Positions 14,677-28,372 of a DNA stretch of 64,000 nucleotides are shown one piece after another. The stretch covers positions 2,914,001 through 2,978,000 of the forward strand of contig NEEC01000010.1 in the NCBI GenBank assembly GCA_002189035.1. Direction: 5' to 3'. Below the pieces are notes generated by a model. That model was not told the origin of the DNA, did no database searches, and saw nothing but the letters and a program-made list of their open reading frames with translations. Origin of the DNA: Utricularia gibba (lineage: Eukaryota > Plantae > Magnoliophyta). Position numbers and translations under genes: made by a program. Positions within the stretch are counted from its first letter, which is position 1, and each line of letters begins with the position of its first letter.

Positions 14677-15426
14677 AAAAACTCCGGTCGTCCCCTCCAA
14701 TTTCCACCAATTATTTTATTTTACGGGCAAAAGAAGCAACATCAGTGCATTAACTATTCTTACATTAAATAAAAACCTAGTCTTGTAGCCAATGGAATTT
14801 CGCCACGTTCATTTAAAGAAGCGGATACCCGTACAGTGCGCCGGCTTTCGCTTCCGTTCACAATCGGAAGAATTTGGAATGTTATTACAAAAAAGACAAA
14901 AAAAACGACGTCTTCGTCAAAAGGGGTGTGCTCAGTTCTGCATCATCTTAATTCTTGACCGCAAAAAATTCTGATTTCTCAGAACAAAAATCCAATCTTT
15001 TTTTCTGGGTGTTCTGAACTCTCACAGGAAAAGGCTGGTTTGTTCTTGGCTGGGATTGATTCTTGGAGGGACTGAGAAAGTTTTGCAGTTTTGGGGTGAA
15101 ATTTGGTAAGCAAATCGTGGGTAGTCATTTGACTTCTGTGCCTGCTATTTTTTAGAGCTATCGTCGCTTCTGATCATCTTTCTGGTATTGAAGTAATCTG
15201 TTTTATTAGCTTTTCGCGTTTTCTTTCCCGGAAAAGGGCACGCTGGTAAGAAAGTGTAATGTTTTATATGCAAGCAATACTTTTTTTTCTGAATACCGCA
15301 GTAGAGAGATGATACGTTTATGTCATTAGGTGCCTTTCGGATTTGTGGGTTTCCTGGATTACAATTTATCTGCGAGTTTGTATGTGAATTTGTTCTCAAA
15401 GGAGGTGGCTTTTTCTCTTTGACAGA

Positions 15427-17794
15427 ATGGATGGCTCTAAGAGTACCGTAGGAACCATTGAAAACACTGGTGATGCAAAAAATGTCACTAATCAAGAATC
15501 TGATTTTTCTAAATTTGAATCAAGTGGAAGTCCAGTGGAAGCTTCTCCAGAAGGGAAACCAGCATTAGCAGAGGTAGCAGAGGGCCATGATCTTGGTGTT
15601 TCGGACAAGTCCGAACCTCTGCAAGATGAAAATGCTGCAGGATCTGTGATGGCTACCAGGATTTTGATCCCAGATGCAAAAGGTTCCATTGAGGTTCAGC
15701 AATCTCAGAAGCTTGTAGGCAGTCCAGAAAATGAGGTGGGGAGGGCACAAATCGAGACGACAGCGCCAATTGAATCTGTAAAAGCCGCTGTTTCAAAGTT
15801 TGGAGGGATAGTGGACTGGAAAGCACATCGTGTACAGGCTTTGGAGGTATTACCGTGTGTTTATTTTTTCTGCTTCTTCCTGTTGTTATTTTTTATTTCA
15901 GGATGGAGTAATGTGCAGTTTTTTGTGGATCTTGCAGAGACGGAAGTTCGTCGAACAGGAACTGGAGAAAGCTCAGGAGGAGATACCATTATTTAAGAAG
16001 CAAGCAGAGGAAGCCGAAGAGGCCAAGTTGCAGGTCTTACAAGAACTAGACAACACAAAACTACTGATAGAAGAACTGAAAGTTAATTGTGAGAGAGCAG
16101 AGAAAGAGGAGCAGCAAGTGAAGCAAGATTTTGAGCTGGCGAAGCTGAGGGTTGAAGAGATAGAGCAGGGGATTGCTGATGAAGCCAGCATTGCTGCTAA
16201 GGCACAGATTGAGGTTGCTATAGCTCGGCATGCAGCTGCAGAGTCGGATCTTGTAGCAGTAAAAGAGGAACTGGAACAGCTGAGAAAAGACTATGCTGTT
16301 TTGATGGCTGCGAGAGATGCGGCTGTGCAAGAGGCCGAGGAAGCTCTCTTGAGATCAAAAGAAGTTGAAAAATCTGTGGAGGATTTGACTCTTGAACTTA
16401 TTGCATCGAAAGAGTCATTGGAAGCCGCACAAGCAGCACATTTGGAGGCAGAGGAGCACAGAATTGGGGCGGTTATGGCAAAAGAGCAGGACATACTCAT
16501 CTTGGAGAAGGAGATGAAGCAAGTAGAGGAGGAACTTGATAAGGTAACACAGCAAATGCTTTCTTCCAAGGACTTGAAGTCGAAATTGGATACAGCAACA
16601 GCTTTGCTTCAGGATCTGAAATCTGAAATGGCAGCTTACATGGAGTCAAGGTTGAAGCAGGATCAGGGGGGAGATGAAAATGTAGTTACAAATCCAGAAA
16701 ATCGAGGTGAAATTGAAGCAGCTATTTCTGCAACCAAGGAAGAACTTGAAGCAGTGAAACTCAATGTTGAGAAAGCTACTGATGAGGTGAATATCCTGAA
16801 GGTGGCTGCTACCTCACTGATGTCTGAGCTTGAAAAAGAAAAAATGGAGCTTGCTGCTATTCAGCAGCGTGAAGGAATGGCTTCGATCACCGTTGCGTCC
16901 CTTGAATCTGAATTACAAAGGACAAGGTCCGAAATTGCACGTGTACAAATTAAGGAGAAGGAGGCAAAACTGAACATGGTTGAACTCCCTAAACAACTAC
17001 AGTTGGCAGCTCAAGAAGCTGATCAGGCAAAGGCACTTGCGCAGGTAGCTCGGGAGGAGCTTGAAAAGGCAAAGGATGATGCTGAACAAGCGAAGGCAAA
17101 AGTAAGTACAATGGAAAGTAGACTACAAGCTGCACAAAAGGAAATAGAAGCAGCAAGGGCCTCTGAGAAGCTGGCATTGGCAGCTATAAATGCATTACTG
17201 GAGAGTGAATCTGCCCAAAAAAGTGATCTCGAAGATTCATCAACTGGAATTACGCTGTCCTTGGAAGAGTATTATGCATTGAGCAAGCAAGCTCATGAGG
17301 CAGAGGAACAAGCAAGTATGCGTATCGCTGCAGCCATGGCTCAAGTCGAGGTAGCTAAGGAATCCGAGATGCGTAGTTTGAAGATACTGGAAGAAGCCAA
17401 TATGGAGATGGCTGAGAAAAAGAATGCATTGCAAGATGCGTTGGAGAAGTCTGAGACTGCCAAAGAAGGGAAGTTGGGGGCTGAGCAGGAGCTAAGAAAA
17501 TGGAGAGCTGAGCATGGACAAAGGAGAAAAGCCAGCGAATCTGTTCAAGCTGCAGGCCGGTCAGCTAAGATTGCAAGTGAGAGTTCTGAAAACATAAATA
17601 ACTCCGCGCATTTCGTCAGTGCAACTGGTTCTCCCGTAATCATCAATCAATCACTTAGTCCAAGCTCTTTTTCAAGCAATACATCTGATATTTCTGGGGT
17701 ACTTGAAACAACCAAGAAGAAGAAAAAGTCATTTTTCCCAAAGATGTTCACGTTTCTTGGAAAAAAGAAGGCGAAGGCAGCATTCAAGCCATGA
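15427..17794 (+). CDS. WEB family coiled-coil protein (DUF827, WEB1/WEL-like)
   Basis: Exons 15427-15846 and 15938-17794. [27 protein letters not shown] motif, long heptad coiled coil, [16 protein letters not shown], and C-terminal [10 protein letters not shown]. Confidence 0.92.
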
Positions 17795-18301
17795 TCAAGC
17801 AGCATCTGTTACTCTTTCTAGCAACGGCCCTTCAGCTCAGTTTCATCAGAGTGATACCTGGACTCACCAGTGCCGGTGAGTTAATTCAATATTTTGATGA
17901 GATAAAATCAAAATTTTGGAATTGAAACTGATCAAGTGAGTCTTCTGCTTATTTCTTCTGTGCTATAGATTCATGCAACTACAGGTTCTTTGTGCTGTAC
18001 AGTGTACAAGGCTTTTGTTGTCCATAGTTTGTGCTGAATACACTCAATATATGGCATTCATTGGTTTCACTTCGATATATTCCCTTGTACTATCTGCAAG
18101 TACTCTTTGGTCATGCCATTTTTTGTGAGGAAAAGAGATTTCACTGCTACGGCATGCCCATGGAGATGTAAAGCAAGAGAGATTCCGATAGTTCGAAACT
18201 AAATGCATGAAAGGTTAGACTCCACATGAAAGCTTTTACATCTTCACATACACATTCAGGGGTAAAAGATGCTTAATCCTTTCAAAGTAACATCTTGTCT
18301 G

Positions 18302-19170
18302 AAAGCTATTGAACCTGATCCAGCAGTTCCAGAGATTTGGATTGATAGAGCCAACGTGTATTGTGCTTGATTCGACAAGTCTTTCAATGTATAGGAAAGT
18401 CATATAGAGTACAAGTAGAAGAAAACTTGCATTCCTGTACCTGAGATTCCATATTCATGAGGACTACGGGTACATACGACAGTTGTGTTCCCCTTCAACT
18501 TAATGACATCCCTTGTTCACAACCATGTTAGCAAGCTTCCACCCAGAAAGACTTGAGTCACCTCATGAAACTTGAAAGCAGTCCACCCATTCATTTTCCC
18601 AATTGGTGATCTTTGTGTAAGTATCATCAATGAATGAAAAGCTTGCATCTTGGAAAAAATTATTCCTATATTTGCTGCTAGGATCAGTACAAATCCTTGT
18701 TTTTCATCTTCCATGCAGCTTCAGCAAACTATCGGCACGTGATGCCTTTAAGTTTCTAATGTTTACTTGCTGAACATCAGGATCAAGAATCATTGAAAAA
18801 TTCGGGTGTGAAAGTTGAAGATTCTGTGTGACTTTCTGATGCTGAACATATGTCTGTGGATTCATGTTCAGTCAGAAGTAGGCTGGCTATGAGAACATCA
18901 TATGTAAGTGTGATCCTCTCTTTTTGAAACGATCATTCGACTCGCCCAACTTTGAGATTTCGAGTAGCCGTAATGTTTCTGGGCATAACCAGTGAAGCTA
19001 ATAATGTACATGGATCTGATGAAGATTTAAGAGCATGGAAGCTTGCATTATTCAAGTATGCAGTACCATTTTACTGCTCTACTTCTCATTGTTTTACATT
19101 CTTGTCTAGAACAGTTAGTTAATAGAAAAAAAATACTCAAACAAGATATCCCATTAACTTTAAGGGTGCA
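18302..19170 (+). pseudogene. Possible decayed multi-exon gene relic of unidentified family
   Basis: Successive AG/GT-bounded segments (ending 18469; 18532-18616; 18781-18903; about 18930-19054) translate to protein-like stretches broken by stops, e.g. KAIEPDPAVPEIWIDRANVYCA* and GSDEDLRAWKLALFK. Confidence 0.3.
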
Positions 19171-19605
19171 TACATTATTTTTTCAGAAGGGAATCTTCGT
19201 TGTTATAATAGTGCTATACAGCAGAGACTGTTCCAACCAATAAAAGACACCTGGCTCTCTCCAACACCCTCATGGCCAAGCATGAATAAGTGAACTGCTT
19301 GTCTTTTGCTCTGCTTGCTTCTAAAATGTGGAACAGGTGTCCCTCCTGAGCCCACAGCCTTTCCACTATGACTCTTTTAAATACAGTTTTTTTTTTATGA
19401 TGAATCACCCTCAAAACCTTTATCAGTTCTTTCATGTTTCATTTGAAATGCCATCACCATTTACTGTAGCTGCAGTGTTTGTAAGTCATAATGTTTTTTC
19501 ACTGGTTTCGACACATTAATGGACAAGATGTCTTGTTTTTTGGTCTTTGAAAGAAGCTTCAATTATCACTGGGAGCAAACTGTTCTCCCGAGAACACTAA
19601 ATTAA

Positions 19606-21754
19606 CTAAATAAATAGATTGAGCTTTCTAGTGGATGCAGGGTCTCCTCGATATTGTTTCCAAAATCTTGCAGGAAGACCATGCCTAGGAACTGGGAATG
19701 GGCCATATTCTACTGCATTGTGGAGCTCTGTCAACTCATACCTGCGACAAGATCTTCAATCACTACCAGCACAGAATCTTGAAGCATCAAACACCGCATA
19801 AGGGTGTTACAGATTTCTTATGGATTCCAATGAAAATAATGACATTCATCATGCTACTGAACCTGAAACCGGTGACCAGGTGATGAATCAATATGAGGAG
19901 CTCTAGCTTGGCAAGTTCATTGCCGGGGCAGGCATGCAATCCGCTACCAAAAGGCATGAATGTATTTGGTTTCGGCGGTGTCTGCAAAGCAAACCAGGAA
20001 GGAACTTCAAACATGTTCTTGTATGAGGTAAACTTTGTCTTAGGATGAGGATGTTACCTCGAATCGAGACAGATCGAATTTCTGCGGTTCAGAGAAGGAT
20101 TCTGCACTGTGATGGATACTTCGGAACAAAGGCATTACTTTCCATCCCTTGGGAATCAGATATCCTGCAGCCAAGAGCACATGAGATGCTCCCATTTGCG
20201 TAGTTACATGCATCAACAAAGCAAGCACTGCAACTTTTAAAAGATCAAACCTTTGTATTCTATATCTTCTACTGCTTCCCTGTATGTGAAAGACAGAATG
20301 CTCGCCAATCTCAAGCTCTCCATGATCACCTGAAATCTGAACAGATCAGTAAGGGACTCCAGAAAGAAAATCAACTGCAGGGAAGCAAGATGATGTTTTT
20401 TCATGCATTCATTCACCTTATGAGTAAACCGCATGTTTCTAGTCTGGTTCCATGTTAAGTGAGTCCTGCTTCCTTTACTCTGGCTTATGGCCTCATGTTC
20501 AGCCTACCCACAAAGATAACCAGGGGTTAGTATCACTTTCAGAAAGAGAGTATTGCTCATGTTTTTCCTTTTGCACCTTGACAGATTGAAGAATCTTGGG
20601 GTGATCATAGAGGAACTTGATCACCCATGTCATTGCACTTGCTGTAGTGTCTTTTGCTGCGAAAAGAACACCAATAACATTGTCTACTATCTCCTCTTCA
20701 CCAAGAATTTCACCGTTTGCATCTCTGAAGTTCAGCAGAGAGCTCAACAGATCATTTTCCCCAGGCATCCCCCTCCTCTCCTTCATAATCTTCTTAAGAA
20801 CTTCACTCAACTGCTTCCTTGCCTTGGACATTACACAAAACAACCTCAGAAACAAATCCAGACATAGTTTAGGAGAGAAGATGAGTACCTTAATTGCCTG
20901 GTTATACTTGGTCCCTGGCAAATTCACTGGAAAGGAATTGTATCCTCTACTCACTACTCCATAGCTCTTCTTCATTTCTTCCTTGTAATGACTCTCTAAA
21001 TGCCCGAAAACTGCCATTATTCCGACTTCAAACGAGAGCTATCATGAATTTCTCCAGATCAGCAAACGTACATTACAAAAGAATATGATCAGTCTGTGCA
21101 TGTTCAGAGGATAAGAACCTACCTCCTTCATTTCAGCGTAAGTGTTAACCACCATGCCATGAGAAATGGAATCCAATGCAGAAACTGTGAGTTCTTCAAT
21201 CCCAGAAACCATCTTTTTCAGGGACTGTGGAAGCAATGCCCCCGAGACAATCTTCCTCAGGCGCAGATGATACGAGCCCTGGTGAAAAAACAGAGCCGAT
21301 GGCCCGATCAAGTCCTCTTTACTCTTCGGATACGTCGGCTTGAAAAGATGAGCCTGCGTCACCAGAACGAACCGCGCCGCCTCTGGACTCGCCAGCATAA
21401 CACAGGCGCATCCTAAAATGTGAGTCTTGAAAATCTCCCCATACCTGAAAACCCAAAATGAAGCTCATGATACCCAAACAAACTCCGATAACCCAATCTC
21501 AATGCGCAATGCGAATCATGTGTACTACAAAAATCCCATTCCGCAAGAGCGGCGAACAACCTTCGTTCCCGAGAAGAGAAGAAGCTGTTGGGGCTCTGGG
21601 AATACAGCAGGACAGTTTCTCCTACGCACGGCAAGCCCATTGAACCAGGAGGGAGCTGAAGTTTGCATTTCTTTTGCTTCTGCGTAAGCTTCCAGAGCAG
21701 CAGAATCAGAGCAGCCGGGAAGACGAGAACAGAGCACAACAACAACTTCTCCAT
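19606..21754 (-). CDS. CYP707A: Cytochrome P450 CYP707A (ABA 8'-hydroxylase, CYP707A4-like)
   Basis: LPPGSMGLP, VMLASPEAARFVLVTQAHLFKPTYPKSKE, I-helix GVLFAAKDTTAS, ESLR, heme motif PFGSGLHACPG and C-terminal YGPFPVP; 9 exons. True ATG at 21754 (the ORF track starts at a GTG); stop at 19608-19606. Confidence 0.93.
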
Positions 21755-24700
21755 GTCTTGATGTGCAATTGCTAAGTGTTCCACAGAGACTGAGATGTCC
21801 CTGCAGATATATATACATCGAAGAGCGATCAGACAAGAACCACTGTGTCAGAAATGTGCAAAACATTTTCTTTTGGTGACACGCGTCGGCTCACCAGGCG
21901 ATTGGGATTTTCAGAAATTGTGTAGAATCATTCTTTTTGTTTCCTCCTGTCTTTTCGTAATTAATGAAAAAATAATAAAATATATGCATAATAACACATT
22001 TTTGCACATCTCAAATACATTCGGATATTTTTGATGGTCACAACCAGAAGAAAATAAGTTTCATTTTTTAAAATTTAAATAAATATGATATAAAATAATT
22101 AACTTTTTCAGAAATTAATAGAATTATGTAAATTGATGAATATAATATAATTTTTCGCATAACATTTTATTTTGAAATTTTATCGTTTTTAATAGTTATA
22201 ACTAACACTTAAAAAAATGATAACCGACATGACATTTAGCCTACTACTATATGTTTATATACTTTTTATATTAGATATCATTATTCACGTTTTATTTATA
22301 AGATATTGTGCGTTTTACATACTCAATTTTCATAATTTTATGCTATCTAGAAAAAAAATATTTTATATAAAATTAAATTGACTTTTTTCATTTAAGCACT
22401 TATATTCTTCTATTCGAAATATCATATTTAGGTTTATGATTTTATATTCTCTTGAATCTAGTTACTCAGCATCTTTGCATATTTATAAATTTATTTAATA
22501 CGTAAATTAGACTAGAATTGACAATTATCGTTTATCAAACTACATGTGCGACATTTATCGCATTATATTGTTTGAAAATGATGTGTGTTATCTTCCTAAG
22601 TGTGAGTTGGAAATTCAGGTGACAATTTTGACCTGAGAGATTCGATGATGCTGATGCAATATTTTAAATTTGGATAAAATTTTGTGTTAAAATTTCGGAT
22701 TTTGGGTTTTTCTAAATAAAATATTTTCGAAAATACTGTAACCATGTGTGGGAATAACTAGAGTATTGCTTGTATTATGATGACGTGTCGCTGTCCACCA
22801 ATCACTAATTTTTTTTGTTTTTACATTAAAAAAAAAAGAAAAGAGGTGGGGCCCAGAGGAAACGGCGGTAGTGGCATCCAGCTCACACTCCACTGATCGG
22901 CCCAATCCATCTTGGGCCCACCTTGCCCTCGTACAAGAACACCACACGGATCTTTACCATGGTCGGGTCGGGTCGGGAGATTCCCGCTGTGCACGTGTCT
23001 CATTACACAACAACAGTATTGTGGGTTGAAGAGATTTGGTGAGATCAGATTATGATAATAGGACACGCGTGTCTCGTCACGGGGGCGTAGGAACGTGCGC
23101 CGACTCGTGTATCGACACCTGGACGGGCTCCCTGGCTTCCTTCTGTCGTCCCCGCCAGCCCCACCCCAACTAACCCAACACCCTCTTGTTTTGTTTCTTA
23201 TTGGACCCCTCAGTCACTCACCGTTGCTTCCTCACCGGAAGTCATTCGAGTTTTGGTTCTGAATCCCCATTTCAGGAAGAGAAGACCATCTGATCCCAGC
23301 CTTCGCGAAACCCACAGAAGAGCACAAGACCCACACAAAATGGAGCCTTAGTATAATGAATTGGCACCCCGCACGCCCACGACGGAGGCGCGGCGGCGCA
23401 GGTCTCACAGCGTCGGGTCTCAGAAGTTCGCGGCGGATTCCACAGTGCCGAATCCAGTAGTTTGCGAGAACGCAGATGGGAGCAAGTCGCAAGAGCAACG
23501 CCAGATCATTCTTAATAACATAACTCAGAGTAGGCTCCGTTTTCTTTGGGCCTACAAAGGGCCACAGGCCCATGTTACAAGGCCCACTCTGAGCCCCACG
23601 TGTTCCTTTTTCCTCGTACTAAGGAATCTATCCATGTATTCATAACATAAGGTTTTATAAACATAATAATATGCTAAACACATCTTAAAAATTAAAGATA
23701 ATATTTAATTTTAATTATTTAGAAGATTTATATTTTTAAAAAAGAAATTAGAAAGGGGGTACTTGTAGGGCATGTGTGAATAGTCTAATATACCCTGAGT
23801 GCTTGACTTAGGGTTAAAGGCAAAAAGGAAAAGAAATTTGGATTGGAAATGATTGGCTTCGCCTTTTTCATTTTTTGAAAAACACGAGAAAAGGCGAAAC
23901 CTTTAAAAGCCTTCTTCCAAACCCTACTGCCACCGCACGACTCCCATCCATCCCCATGCACTTGCAAGCTTGTGCTGCTGCTGGTGCTGTGTGTGTGAAC
24001 TTCCCTTTTTCCCTTTGCTGCCTTTCCCATCTTCCCAAAATCTTTGCTGTTAACCACTTATATTCCCTTCTTAAAGCATCTTTTTCTCCCCACTCCCCCG
24101 CCTTTCCAAAACAACAAGCCCCGTCTCCCCATCTCAGTTTACACACCAGATGATAAGCTGCTGCTGCTACTGCTGCTGCAGTTTGCTCTTTCTGGTGTGT
24201 CTGTGTTGTGTTGTTCCAGAGTGATCCAGAGCAAGTTTTGAAGGGGGCAGTGTGTGTGTGTGTTTGTGGGGTGGGAATATTGGAATCATATATCTCGTCA
24301 AGGAAAAGGGGTTAGCGAAAAAAGATGGGAGAGTTAGTCAAACTTTTCATTCATGACTCTGGGGCTCTGTCCTGCTACCGGACACGGAAACAAGCAAAAG
24401 TTAGATGGGAATTTCAGCAAAAAGTTAGTTGGTTCCAAGTGAATCATTCAGGATCGTTCGTTCCTTCGTTCGTTCTACTCAGCACATACTTTCAAAATAC
24501 TGGTGTGATGGATGGGGCTGGTATCCATCTTTACGTGGGGGTCGGTTTCCTTGCCCGTGAGTGTCGAACATCCCGTGTCCGACGCGGTGTAGCCCTTTTT
24601 CTCTCTTCATCTGGTTCATTTAAAGCAACCCACAGCTGCCCCAAGTCAAGTCTCCTCTCAGACACAGCAATGAACAACAGTTGTCGTGGAAGAAGATGAT

Positions 24701-25390
24701 TGTAAAAGGGAATGAGTGTCTTGTTAAAGTCGGAGAAAAGGCAAAGTTTTTCAAGTCTTTTGAAGAAGAATGGAAGCCTTGATGCATCTTTTCCCACATG
24801 TGCTCCACTTTCACTCGGAAGTTTTGCAATTCTCTTGTATCCCCAGCCATACAACGCGCATCTAGGGCTTCTTTCTGTTTGACTGAGGAAAAGGGAAAAT
24901 ACACGTAAAAAATTGAGCACACTCAGAACCTGAAGTGTACGTATAGTGCATTAAGTGTCAATGCAGATAAAGAAGGAGAGAGCCATAGAAAATACAACCA
25001 AGTTTCTGTACGTTTTGTTGCTGCAAACAACAGTACCTTCCTGCGACCTCTTCTTCCCTTTCCCCCAAGTGCACAAACAGATACTCTCTTCTCCCTGTCT
25101 AATGCATGCATTAATTAATGCTTCAGATACAGAAAACACATGAAGAATGGAGTTTTCAACAATGGGCAGAGTTTCAAATTTGAATCTTTGAGATGGGAGT
25201 GCGCTAATGCTAATGCTAATGCAGGGTTTGATGTTTAGTAATGGAAGTTTATGAAGAAGGAGGAAGAAAACTAAGAGATTGATACAGAGACAAAAGGGAA
25301 ACATCATCCTTCTAGAGTAATGATTTGGGCACAGTTCGAACTCAGAAACACTAGGTACCCAGCAAAAAAGTTGCTAAGGTGACATTAAAT

Positions 25391-26356
25391 TCAACCCAGA
25401 TCATCGTTTTCAGTTCCTGCAACTGTGGGATGCGACCGCTTCTTGGGGAGAAGGGGCACTCCGAAGAGCTTAGTCCTGTTGTGCGGTTCCTCGGGTTCCT
25501 GAAGTTCTTCAACGATCTTCACTGTGGGTGCCTGAGGATTTCGGAATGGCGCCTGAAAACAGAGCTTTGTCTGCGGTGGCAGCGGGTGGAACGGAGAGAA
25601 ACCGTAGGATTCCGTTGCAGAGACCGGTTTCACGTGGTTCTGGACGAAGTAGATAATCTCGTTGTAGAGCTTCTTCATATGGGCTAACTCAGACATCAGC
25701 ATGTCATTGTTTCTTCTCAGTCTCTCGTTGTCCTCCGACAGCGCCGTCAACGATCTTCCCGCGGAGAAAGGCGGTGGCGAATCGGCCCAGTTTCTGATTG
25801 GCTCGTTGGAATCTGATGGGGAGATACTGATACGCGGAGCAACAGGGTAGTAAGAAAAAATGTTCTGTCCCGCGGGGATGCTCTCCTGCGCCGGCGCCGT
25901 CTTTCTCCGGTGAATCTCACACAGCATTTGCTTCTCCCCTCTCCGGAAAAACTCATTCGCAAACTCCCATCTATCCGGAACAATCTTCCTGAATCCCTAA
26001 ACCCCAAAATCAAAAAACAAAAGAAAACCATATCACAAACCCACGAACCATAAAAGCAAAACCCATTCTCCAAAAACAGAGCAAGATTCAGAGTGTTCAT
26101 TTACATAGGTATTCAGCTGTCGCACGAAGCTTGAGAAGTTGTTGTGCTTGAAATAGTTGGGTAGTACGTCTCTCGAGAACTCCGGCGGCCGCCATACGAT
26201 GAAGGTGGCACCGTCATCGCCCCAGGAAACGACGGCGTCCGTGGCAGGGTCGTCCACGAGGTGATAAGTTTTGGTGAGGAAAGGGGCGGGGACGGATTTC
26301 TGGGATTCCAGAGACAGGAACAGTCCGTCCAAATTGTCGAGAATCAAAGCAGCCAT
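25391..26356 (-). CDS. HSFB4: Heat stress transcription factor class B4 (HsfB4/SCHIZORIZA-like)
   Basis: Exons 26356-26105 and 25996-25391 with the conserved HSF intron (NTY|GFRK). [12 protein letters not shown]...[35 protein letters not shown], and repressor motif KLFGV. Confidence 0.93.
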
Positions 26357-27262
26357 GGCGGTGGTTCCGGCCGAGAGGAACTGGAGAACTCTGCGGTCTA
26401 TGCAACTGCTGGCACTGCGAAAAAACGACGGACTTTCAGTGGAGTTGAAGCAATTAGTTAGCAGATACTTCCAGGAATGCTATAAATAAGCATCCACATC
26501 AACCTAAATGATCACAATTGCATCCCAATATGGATATACTGCTACTTCATACCGTACGGAATTCATAATTTCATAAAAAAAATATTTATTATATATCCAC
26601 ATTTTGAAGTCAATAGGCTGATTGAATGGAAGCTGAGCACTTTATCATGAGCTACCAAAAGACTTTAGCAAAATCCCTTTCTCATTCTGCCACGTGCTGC
26701 ATCTGTGCCATGGTGGCTCATTTCTTCAACTGCAGGTTGCCAAATGTCTTTGCAGGGTGAGTTGATGATCTGTTGCCATGCCTTGAGTTTTGATTTCCAG
26801 GAAAACTTACTCATCTGCACTAATAGTGGAACTTGGTGAGGGTGTTCTAAAGCATCAGCCATTTTCTCTGCTCTCTGTAATGGTGTCTGGTTCTATGAAA
26901 ATGAACCATGGGGATGCTGTCTGTGATCATTGATCATGCTGCATTGAGTTCAGATGGAATCAAGCCTCCTCTGATGGTGGATGATGGCGGGGAGGCAAAA
27001 GGGAGTATCAGATCCTCATGGAGGAGGAAGGCCACAGTACTTGAGAGGGATTATCAGAGGCCTTAAGTGGAGTGTCGGAGACTGTTGAAGGAATTAGTAG
27101 AGCAAAACATGGAAAAAAAATGGTGCAATTTTCTTCTGCTATAGAACCAGTAACTAAACTTGTTCACAGGAAATCCGATACAGAAACATCAAACGCTAGT
27201 GTGGCTTGCCGTCATTCATGAAAATGAACAGAAAATGAGATATGAAATCAGCAGAGGAAGAG

Positions 27263-28372
27263 CTAACCACCGCGAGCTTCGCGTCTCGTGGCATCATGAA
27301 GCAGTTCAACATCCACTCCCTCTGGTGGCAGCTGGACGTACCTCACAACCGAGCCTCTGATGAAGCAGTTCCGGACCGAAAGCTGCAATACCACTGATAG
27401 TTAGCACTAGCATGGTGAATAAACACAACACATGCCAAGCTTGATCTACCAGAAGCTGAAGTGAATTACTCATGAGGAAAACACACTAAAATCTATTCAT
27501 ATCAAGCGAACAATTTCACAGGGTGACTGGTGCAGTGTCCCCCTCAGCCAAACAGTTAGCTAAGATCCTGGTGTCAGTCACATAGCGGTTCTTCTTGCTA
27601 TGCACTGTTTTATGTTTCAGTGGTAACATGCCTTCGATGTACTTATTTAATCAGATAAGCACAGAAATCCAAAGGGAGTGAGAGATGCAATGAAGTAACG
27701 AACAGACAAAAAGATGAAACTTGAACCAGAGGATGCCAAGTGTCCTCAAGATGGCAATACACGAATCAACAATCAGGCAAACAAACAAATGACGCTTAAC
27801 ATTCGAATAAGTACACTGCCGCAAGTTTATCACAACAAGACATCCGATTCAAACAAGGCCTTTCATGTTAGAAGGAAATCTCTTTCTGTTTGTGGAACCG
27901 TTTTCCAGGTTTATTGCAGGCAAAATCTGATTTTCAGGACCCATGTTAGGGTTACCTTAAAGCATTGCAGTTTTCAAAACAACGTTTCAATAGGAGGATG
28001 TCAAAAATAGGCAAAAAGATGAGACCTATAATTCCAGGAAGCCAGAAATGCCGCCCAATTCGCAATGAGTTCAAAAATCGCACATGGAACGAAAAACTGA
28101 AACCTAGTCGGAGTACCGAGGAATTACCATGTGGGGATACCTGTCTTGATCAACAACCCTAGTATTCTCTAGCTTAATGTTGAGATACTGATCAACAGAA
28201 TGAAGAGTTCCCCTGATAGCCAAATCGTTCTTCAATTCCACAGTCACCTCTCTGCCCACCAAATCTTTAAAATACGAAAAGAACAACTGCAACGCAAAGC
28301 ACGTAAAACCCTTTAACCAATCAGCAGCAGCAGACGAAGAGAAATCACAGCAAGGATAAGAAACCAAACCAT
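27263..28372 (-). CDS. LSM2: Sm-like protein LSM2 (93 aa)
   Basis: join(28372-28370 ATG-only exon, 28286-28128, 27382-27263) gives MLFFSYFKDLVGREVTVELKNDL...LSVRNCFIRGSVVRYVQLPPEGVDVELLHDATRREARGG. Confidence 0.96.

Noticed and set aside
18833-18878. Small hairpin TTCTGA..CTGAACAT/ATGTTCAG..TCAGAA as a pre-miRNA
   Set aside because: The stem is too short (about 14 bp) and matches no conserved miRNA I know.
19606-21754. CYP707A substitutions (AAKDTT in the I-helix, DLSRF at the PERF motif) as a sign of new function
   Set aside because: The heme and ExxR motifs and the rest of the protein are typical; two substitutions are not enough evidence without an alignment.
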